From: a virus
DNA length: 64,000 bases
Virus record (IMG/VR): IMGVR_UViG_3300037521_000114
Coordinates: 1-64,000 of that record
Direction: 5' to 3' (one strand)
Below the pieces are notes generated by a model. That model was not told the origin of the DNA. It worked only from the letters and a program-made list of their open reading frames with translations, and searched no databases. Shown piece by piece: positions 46,909 through 55,800 of the stretch (position 1 is the first letter of the stretch; each line of letters begins with the position of its first letter). The position numbers and the translations under genes are program-made.

Positions 46909-47645
46909 TATCTACCGCTATTATTGTGTAAGATAAGTCTCTCGCTATCAGAAGAATAAATGAATGAAGAATCATGAAAGTCCGTGTGAGTTTTAAGTCT
47001 TAGGAACCTGTTCTTAATGCTCTCCATTTCATCAATAGAGGGAATTTGTGCCTTCGTACCAGCAGCACCGATATACCATCCTCGATCTTGCTCAAGTTTC
47101 TGGTACTTTTGTCCACTGAGATGATCTTGGAAATAAAGTCTAAATCCTATTCTCTCAGCAACGTATGCCTGTACAGCCATGACGAACTTAATGTCATCAG
47201 GAATCATAGGCATACCTAATGAGTTTGTAGGAAATGCTTTGTAATGCAATTCTACCTGTCCTTCTTTAAAGGATGTGAAGATGTAGTTATTATTAAGCGT
47301 GTACGAGTATTGAGATTCTCTTACAAATGTCTGGTCCATGTCTCTTAAAAAGGAACTTGACTTACAGATCATTGGCATCTTTGTATCGTAATCTCTTGCG
47401 AGATATACACTGAAAAGATCATTTGGAAGCTCTCCTCTGTAATTGGTGACTTCGATAGGGTTTGGCATAGTGTCACTTCCATCGGAAATCTTATCAACGA
47501 ATTGTTGAGGAGCACCGATAAGAGCCATCACATCCCATATCCATTCGATCACTTCATCGTATTTGACTTCCAAATCAAATCCGTAATCTCGATAGACACG
47601 CTCGATAATATAAGCTACATCAACATATTTGCCATTTAAGCTCAT
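46908..47645 (-). CDS. Tail ring / tail tubular protein
   Basis: 245 aa; IEVTNYRGELP, Y.L.NNYI.TSFKEG.V.L.Y.AFP...G.PMIPD; immediately upstream of the muzzle gene. Confidence 0.75.
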   Translation of the reverse strand: MSLNGKYVDVAYIIERVYRDYGFDLEVKYDEVIEWIWDVMALIGAPQQFVDKISDGSDTMPNPIEVTNYRGELPNDLFSVYLARDYDTKMPMICKSSSFLRDMDQTFVRESQYSYTLNNNYIFTSFKEGQVELHYKAFPTNSLGMPMIPDDIKFVMAVQAYVAERIGFRLYFQDHLSGQKYQKLEQDRGWYIGAAGTKAQIPSIDEMESIKNRFLRLKTHTDFHDSSFIYSSDSERLILHNNSGR

Positions 47646-47657
47646 CGTTGACTGTTT

Positions 47658-47948
47658 TTACATTAGTGGTGTATCGACAAAGGCGAACATTTTCTGATCA
47701 TCCTCAGTCGGTTTAACTTCATCGAAAGGATTCTCAGTAGTGACGTATTCCTTGTGTTCGTCAATATACTCAGCATCCTCTTCATCAGCAGGTTTCCCGT
47801 ACTTGGTTTCGGTAACGATATAACCACCTTCGACCTTACGGACTTCCTTGCTGTGGCTTAAACCGTTCTTTTCCCAAGACTTACGAAAACTGACAGTTGT
47901 TTTACCGTCTTTTCCGGTTTCTTTGGTCATGTTAATTCTTTCGCTCAT
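47658..47948 (-). CDS. Hypothetical protein
   Basis: ATG at 47948 (MSERIN) gives only a short overlap with the IHF-like gene. Confidence 0.6.
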   Translation of the reverse strand: MSERINMTKETGKDGKTTVSFRKSWEKNGLSHSKEVRKVEGGYIVTETKYGKPADEEDAEYIDEHKEYVTTENPFDEVKPTEDDQKMFAFVDTPLM

Positions 47949-48447
47949 AGCGTCTGACTTTAGGGTTCTGTTCGTAATAATCGACTTCATTGTCATCATT
48001 CTTAATAACCTCGGCAAGAAGTCGTTTGTTCGCTCTGGTCATTGTTAATGAGTATGCAGTATTGTTGATAGTTAAACAAGTTGACTTATCCCAAAACCAC
48101 TTCACATTGAATCCATTAAAGTGTTTATTCAAGTGGAATACAAGTTGTTTACGCTTCTTAGCTTCATCATCTCGTGCCCACAACTCCTTCGTTGATTTCC
48201 AATCAGGTCTTAAATATCGCTTATCAATGTCACCTTCAGGAGTCATTGCTACAACAACCTTCTGTTTTCTTATCCCTACATCACCCAACGAGGGCATGTG
48301 GAAGTCTTTTCCCTCTAACATGATACTTTGTATCACTTGATCAGCAAAGTTCTCCCATACACGCTTAAATTGTGTGTAAGGAACAGGTTTAGTAACACTA
48401 TGTTTATAGAACCTGTAAATATCTCTAAGCCCTTGCTTCTCCTGCAT
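47932..48447 (-). CDS. IHF/HU-like protein of the crAss structural module
   Basis: GKDFHMPSLGDVGIRK HU-like arm, RPDWKSTKELW, HLNKHFNG; synteny. Confidence 0.7.
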   Translation of the reverse strand: MQEKQGLRDIYRFYKHSVTKPVPYTQFKRVWENFADQVIQSIMLEGKDFHMPSLGDVGIRKQKVVVAMTPEGDIDKRYLRPDWKSTKELWARDDEAKKRKQLVFHLNKHFNGFNVKWFWDKSTCLTINNTAYSLTMTRANKRLLAEVIKNDDNEVDYYEQNPKVRRYERKN

Positions 48448-49138
48448 CTAATGTATCGGTTGAATCATTAACTACGTCACTCGGCACAGCAGACTGCGGA
48501 GCCATGCGACCTTTGACAATCATTTCTTCAAGCATATTTCTCATTGCCATGCTAATAGGATATCTTCCATTGTCAGAATAAAGACTATCTCCATTCTGAT
48601 CTTTGAACATCGCCACTTGAGTAGGGTTCTGGAATACTCCGATAGCATCAATGAATTGAATAGGTTTATGATAGATACTATTACTGATCAGGTAAATCTT
48701 GCTATCCAATATGAAAGCGTATATTTCATTTTTATTGAAACGTCCGTTCCCTGAATAGATAGCACGATCATAGCTGACAAGGTTGAACTTGTGAGACTTT
48801 CTCTCAGCAGGTCCAATCCTTGTAAACGTACCTTCATAGTTCCTGCGATCTACTGTCTCAGGAATTTCGAGGAGTGTTCTAAGCAGATATTTCTCAGACA
48901 GAATATCAGGATGTATCGACGAATCCACTTGTTCAGTTTCGAGTGCTCCGAGTGACTGAGTGAATACATCATCTATCACTCTAAGATTCTTATCGAACTT
49001 CTGCTTCAACAGCATAGCTCTGGTACTATGTATCAGAGACTTAATCTGATCCATCGAGATATTATCGTCATCACCAATCTTACCCCTGATAGACTCGAAG
49101 ATGCTGTATGCTATATCATTTAGTGTTACGTGGTACAT
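48425..49138 (-). CDS. Tail ring protein (crAss-type)
   Basis: 237 aa; TLNDIAY.I...DD..I...I...R..L, GVFQNP, YPI; synteny. Confidence 0.7.
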   Translation of the reverse strand: MYHVTLNDIAYSIFESIRGKIGDDDNISMDQIKSLIHSTRAMLLKQKFDKNLRVIDDVFTQSLGALETEQVDSSIHPDILSEKYLLRTLLEIPETVDRRNYEGTFTRIGPAERKSHKFNLVSYDRAIYSGNGRFNKNEIYAFILDSKIYLISNSIYHKPIQFIDAIGVFQNPTQVAMFKDQNGDSLYSDNGRYPISMAMRNMLEEMIVKGRMAPQSAVPSDVVNDSTDTLDAGEARA

Positions 49139-49149
49139 CGTTTTATAAT

Positions 49150-49431
49150 TTAAAAATCAATCATAAATTCCGTATGACAGATATTATTTATCTGTTGAGC
49201 TACATCCCTTGCCTCTTCGGTAGTGAAGAAGTTCACGTTCTCATAATCATCAGAATCAAAGTAGTCAACTAAAATTCGGACAAGATACCTGAGAACTCTA
49301 AACTTCATCATTGGACAGTCAAGTTCATCTGTCCCTAACCGTTGAGCGTGAGCAAGACCACTTCCGTACTCTACATAGGCGTTCCTAATATTGTAGAGAT
49401 AACCGTTTATTTCATCTGCCGTTGCTGCCAT
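49150..49431 (-). CDS. Small structural protein, possible tail-hub subunit
   Basis: 93 aa, helical, INNIC C-terminus; position upstream of the ring gene. Confidence 0.5.
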   Translation of the reverse strand: MAATADEINGYLYNIRNAYVEYGSGLAHAQRLGTDELDCPMMKFRVLRYLVRILVDYFDSDDYENVNFFTTEEARDVAQQINNICHTEFMIDF

Positions 49432-49437
49432 TAGGTT

Positions 49438-49869
49438 TTAAGTGTTTAGGTCGTCCTTAACCTCTTCAGCTTCTTCAATTTTCAAAGGAGCTTTTTCAGT
49501 TGCAGGTTTTCCGTTTGAAATAATTCCGAGAGCTTTCCAGCTTCTCATTTCTTTTACTGATACTTTCAAACCTTTCAGCTTGTTAAGTGCGAACGCTGGA
49601 AATACAATATCTACCTCAACGTCCAAGAGTTTCCGCATTTCTTTTGAAAATGCTTCAGGGTCAGCAATCTGGAAACGCTCAGGATTGTCCTCGGAAGGTT
49701 TTCCGTTCTCCTTTACGTACTCATCACGCATCTTTTGAAACTTGGTAATAGCCTTCTCAACTTCGTCAAATGTCTCAGCTAAATCCCATGCGAGTTGTGC
49801 ATCGTCAAACTTAGTTTCGACAAGGGTTTTCAGTGCTTCTTCATTAGCCACTAATACTTCTAATTTCAT
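49438..49869 (-). CDS. Hypothetical helical protein downstream of the tail fibre
   Basis: 143-aa ORF. Confidence 0.65.
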   Translation of the reverse strand: MKLEVLVANEEALKTLVETKFDDAQLAWDLAETFDEVEKAITKFQKMRDEYVKENGKPSEDNPERFQIADPEAFSKEMRKLLDVEVDIVFPAFALNKLKGLKVSVKEMRSWKALGIISNGKPATEKAPLKIEEAEEVKDDLNT

Positions 49870-49893
49870 AATACTTTTTGTTTTTTGTTAATA

Positions 49894-52800
49894 CTAATTG
49901 TTATTTAATTGTGCTCTAAGATCGTCAATTTCCGCTTTTAATTGCTGGATCGCACGATGATAATATGGAAGAATATTAAATTCATCCATACCATAACGAT
50001 CAATCTTTTCGATAAACGGGAACATATCCGGAATCACTTCCATACCTTCCTGTGCAATCCATCCAATAGCCTTTTTATTATCTGCTTTCCATGTAAAACT
50101 TTTCGGGTCGAACCTCATCAACGCATCCAGAGCATCTACCTCGAACGGTTTAATGTCTTTTTTATTCCGTATATCAGAGGTAGTATAAGAAACCTGACCT
50201 GATGTTGTATTGTACCTCATGTAATATGTACCTGTTGCACTCGCAAGAGTTCCCATGTAAATATCCCCGGTAGATGTAATCGAGAAGTCACCTGATGCTA
50301 AGGTAGTGAAAGATGAACTGGTGTGAATCTGGAATATACTTAGTCCAGCATCCCATCCCACTACAACATTGGTACTACCATTGTACCTGAAGTGTATCCT
50401 TGAGTCCTGACTTGAAGCAGACTGTAGATAAATGAGAGCAGTAGATGTAAGAGCATCAAGAGTAAAAGTTGCTGATGTACTACCCCACATAGTAAATATA
50501 TTGGTATCAAACTGATAATAAGGAGCTGTTCCAAGAGTACCGCCTGTACCAATATCTACAACAAAGGCTGATGTACTGTCATCCCATCCATAAGTACAGA
50601 CAATACCTCCTGCTTGTTGAGCAAGACGAATCCTTATATCCTCAGCAGTTCCTTCAGAACGCATATAGAATATTCCATCCGACTGTGCTGCAAATGCTTC
50701 GTAATAGGTTCCGGTATTATTTGCTCTTAGTCCAACAGTAAATACTGAATCGTGACTTGCAGTAGTAAGCTGACGACAACTAAGCTGTACAATAGGTAGC
50801 CATGATGTTGCGGCATTATAAACTCTTAATTGAAGTTGAGCAAAGTTGGTTGTTACATTACTCACAGAAGTATTATAGATATATAAGTTAGCAGTATTTA
50901 CAGCCGTTGCACTGTAAGCAGTATTATCATTGGTCTCAAAAAACACTTTACCTGCATTGGTCATCTTGAACCTACTTGCTGATAGAGTTCTTCCTACTCC
51001 TGTTGGATAAGCACCACCAGCAGCAAGAATAAAAGCGTCTAAAGCATCATCAAATCCAAAGATGTATTTTGTAGTACCTGCTTCACGAAGCATTAAACTA
51101 AGGTCTCCTCCATTGTTTCTGAACCAGTATGTTGAATCGTAATCTATAGATAGAACATTTTCGTAATCAGTTGTGCCTCCACCTCTGAGCATAATATTAA
51201 ATCGAGCCTGTTGTGTAGTTGCACTGGTTCCCTGTACTGCTAAAACGCAATAGTTATTCTTACCAACTCCGGCAGTACATTGTAGAGATATAGCTGTGTA
51301 ATCATTTAATCCTTCGTTACCGGGAGTTCTTGAAATAACAAGTGTTCTATTTGGTAATGATGTTGGATAATCTACCCATGCTGAATATGCGTAATTATTG
51401 AACATTGCAATAGCTACATCACCAGCATCAGGTTGTACATAAAATTTTACAGTTGCATTGGAAGCTAAACCTACACCTATATTACCTGCATAGGTAATTC
51501 CATTGGCATCAGTTGTCCACTGAGTTGCAACGGCTCCAATAGCAGCAAAAATTGCACTTGATGCTGCAATATGATCAGCATCGTTAGTAAGAGTTGTCTC
51601 GATGGTATCAACACCTGTTCCTGCTGAGAGAGATAATGTATTAACTTCTAACTCTGTTCCATCAAACTCCATGTTAGCATTGGTCGTAAGCTGACCTGAA
51701 GCTGCTGTATAAATAACTCGACCACTTGTTGATAGTCCGGAAACCTTTAGAGTAGGAACAGTAAATGCTCCTGAAAAATATCCTACTGCTGCGGTATAAA
51801 GGAAGTCTGTACCACCACCGTTCATATATGGAACCTCACCACTGAGTCCAAGAGCAAGAGTCTGAGTTGAAAATGACAGATTCGCTTGCATATATGTCTC
51901 AATCTGAGTAACAGTAGCCTCTGTCAGGATTCCTGAACTTTGTCTGAGCCACGTATCTGTACCTGAGATTGCACCACCGGGAGTTTGACTTGTAATGATT
52001 GATGCCTGAGCTACTTGACCACCATCACCTGTACTTGTTACCTGTCCTGTATGGTTCGGGTGAGTGTAATCATTAAAGTTCAGATTTGCATTTAAGTAAT
52101 TATCAAGTTGTCCAAGAGCAATTTCATACAAAGTTCCACTATCCTCCATCAATAAATTCTCAGACCCAACTACTGAAGCCTTTGGACCCTGAGCAGTGAT
52201 TGCAGTAGAGTTAAGTGACTGTGCCCCATCACCAACTGAATCTACTTGACCACTGTGATTCGGGTGAGTATATGCTTGAGCAGCTACATAATCAACAACT
52301 GCTCCGGATGTCGGTAAAGCACTATCGAGGTCTGTTATTGTAGTTTGGATAGCATCAATAATAGCTGCACTTGATGAAAGTTTTAACGATCCTAATATTG
52401 CATCTACGGTTACAGTTAAATCTCCTGTTACAGTAAGTAAACTTCCACTAAATGTAAGGTTTCCACTCGTAGCTAAAGCACCTGTTGCTACAGCAGAGGT
52501 AACAACTTCTGGTTGTGTGGCAGCAGCCAATGCTGGAATAGTCACATTTGCAGCATACAAGACTCCCATTTCATACCTAAGAGCTGATACATAATCAAAG
52601 TCATCAGTTGTCGAGTTCACGTATGGTATCTGATACTGTGCTCCAAATGATATTCCCGGAGGTAATGCAGCGAGAGCATCAAATACGGCTCCGGACGTTG
52701 GTAAGTGCGTGTCATCATTTGTCAGGGAAAGTTCGATTGTATCAACTTGCTGACCACCTGTAAACTTGAATGATCCGGTGGTAGTGAGTGCTGATACTGT

Positions 52801-55800
52801 AACTCCTCCTGTCACACTAAGTAGAGTTCCACTGAAAGTAAAGTTTATACTTGTTGCAAAAGCTCCTGTAGCTACTGTTGAAAGGATTGGTTGAGCAGTA
52901 GAAGCTGCTGCGAGAGATGAAACAGTTATTCCACCTACAACGTTCAGGACTCCTGTAGTATAATGGAGAGAAGAACTGTAATCAAAGTCGGTTCCACCCG
53001 CATTTACATAAGGAATCTGACCTACTGTACCTACAGTAAGGCTGCTTATCAGAGAAGAAAGGAGAACTGATCCGTTTACTGTGTCAGTAAATTGAAGTTC
53101 ACTTGCACTTTCATCAATATATGTGTTGGTATCATTGAAATATAGAGTGGCAACAGTCGGAGAATCAGTAAATTCAAGTGCTGTTACTCCTGCATTTACT
53201 TGAGGAATCTGTAACGCTGCTCCTATATATGATGCAGGAGTATCTGTAAGAGCTAAGAATGTAGTTACACCTGTACCTCCTGCTCCACCACCTGCACTTG
53301 TATTTGGAAGTTTGCCTCTAAGGTCTTCAGTATCATAAAGTACCCAAAGATCATTCTTATATGTGAAGGTAAACCTTGCAATCAGGAATCCTACTCCTTG
53401 AAATATTGATGGAATAGTATATACTGCATAATTTGCAGGGTCTTGAACTGCTGTATCAGGAGTATTAAACGAATAAGTATCTACAGGCAAGTTCATCATC
53501 AACTGAGATGGTTCTCCTGCTGAGTTTACTACACCCCAAACTACAAATGAGAATGAAGTATTATTCATACTGACTCCAAGTGCAGTGTCAAGCTGTGTAT
53601 TTAGATTACTTATAGCTACATAAGGTGTTGTATCATGATTTACTACATGAATATGACCTGATACTTCAAGATCAAATGCGTCAAATGGTTGAGGGTGCAT
53701 CTGAAAGATTGATCCACTTGTCACTGTCAGCCACACATCATCAGGAGTAGGACCAGTATCAACAGTTACCACACCTTCTGTACCAGTATCCCATTGAGAA
53801 TCAAAGCGTCTTAATTTAGCTCCGATGTGAGCCAAGTGACCTTGACCAGCAGTGTCCTGAAGGTGATCATTAAAGTTCTGATTCCTTAAAGGTCCATCGG
53901 TTCCTGTTGTAGTTGCTGATTGAAGAACAATCTGAGCAACTTTAATATGCTCTACTATTGGAAATCCAACTGTACTGAGTGTTAGAGCCTTAGTAGATTC
54001 AAGAATATAAACATAATTGGTTATAGGATCATCATCATCTCCGGCAGTAAGGATTATATCAATAGTTGAACTGGTATCCACCAGATGAAAACCATCTTCA
54101 AATAGATAAGTCAGCCAATCATTTCCCTCTTGGTCATCAAGATGTCCTGTTATAACTCCTCCTGCTTCTGTTACTACGAACGAAAATGACTCCCTGATTG
54201 TACCGTTATGGAAATTATCGAAGGTATCATTGAAACTTCGTGTAAGTGATACAAATACTTCACCGTCAGGAGCAGTACTATTATCAACAACACCACCGAC
54301 AGATATGTTATACGATGGGAACTCAGGTCTTACATTGGTCAATTCTCCGGGAGTTTCAGATACATATAATTGATCTCCAAGAAGCCATGTTTCACCAACT
54401 GAACCACCACTACCATCACCACCTCTTGCACGTCCAAATCTGGTAGCAAGACCGACCTCACCATCAGGAATATCCATAGTGGCTACCATAATGGTTCCCT
54501 CTACGCCTATCCATACAGATGCGTCTGTTTTCTGTACTGTAGGTAATATGAGACTACCTACCAAGAAACCTGCTTTAGGTCTTAAAACAGTGAGATTATC
54601 AAGTTGTCCTCCTGTGTCATTGTAGATAAGAAGGAATATTTCTTGTCCAACCTGCAATACTGGACCTAATCCGGTGTCAATATTGAGGGTATATTCGTTA
54701 TCATTCCACCAAACGAGACCTTCCAGAACGCCTACAATAGCAGAACCTTGTTTAAATAGAAGTGATTCTACTGCACCTTTCTTACCTGTACCAATATCTA
54801 AGGTTGTACCATCCCAAGTGAGATCAGTACTTGTTCCTAACGCACCTGTAGCAACTGCGGTTGTAACGAGTTGTGCTATTGAAGATGCTGCAATAGCTGA
54901 GACATTGATATTTGGAGCATTAAATACTCCGGTTGTATAATGAAGTGAAGGAGAGTAGCTAAAATCAGTTCCCCCTGCGTTCATATAAGGCATTTGTCCA
55001 ACAGTCCCAAGACTGAGTAGTTGAGACAGTTCAGCAAGTGTTTTTGTGCCTGTTACTCCATCTGTAAATTCAAGATTATTCGACCCATCTTTGATAATGG
55101 TAGTGCTTCCGTCGATTACGAGTCCACCTGTGGCATTTATAGAGCCTGTGGTTATGATGTTTGTTCCATTGAAAAGGAAAGCTGCACTGTACAGGAAGTC
55201 ATCTCCACCAGGATTCATATAAGGAACCTGTGTGGTAGTTCCGTAAGAAGCAAGTCCTAAAGATGCTACGCTTCGTTTGGTAAGTAATCCTGTACTATCG
55301 TCAATACCAAGAAAATGATCTTCGGTATCATCTGAACCAAGTGTGGGTGCAAAAATTTGACCTGTTTGATTAAATTCCAACATAGTACCTGCACCATTTA
55401 CATACATCTGTAATGTAGCATTTGCAGGTGTTGCATTATATGCCCAAATCAATCCTCCATAAGTACCGTTTGATTGTCCAAATAGGAATCTGGACTGTCC
55501 GGTTAAATGACCAACTGTTAAATCTGTCCTTGATGTCCCTGTAGCATAGTTGAAAGCTGTTCCAACCTGAAGAGAATTTCCTACAAATAGATCATGATCA
55601 GTAGTAACAGGACGAGAGTTTGCTCCTACATCTAATGTCAATGAAAATTCTCCATGAGCACTAAATGTCTTTTCTCCTGTAACAGTCTGATTTGTTGTAA
55701 CAGTCACATAATCTGTAATAACAGAAGCAGCGATTGCAGCAGTTATTACATCATCGTTTACTAAGGCATCGGCTGCACCTGTGAGTGCAGTATCCTCAAT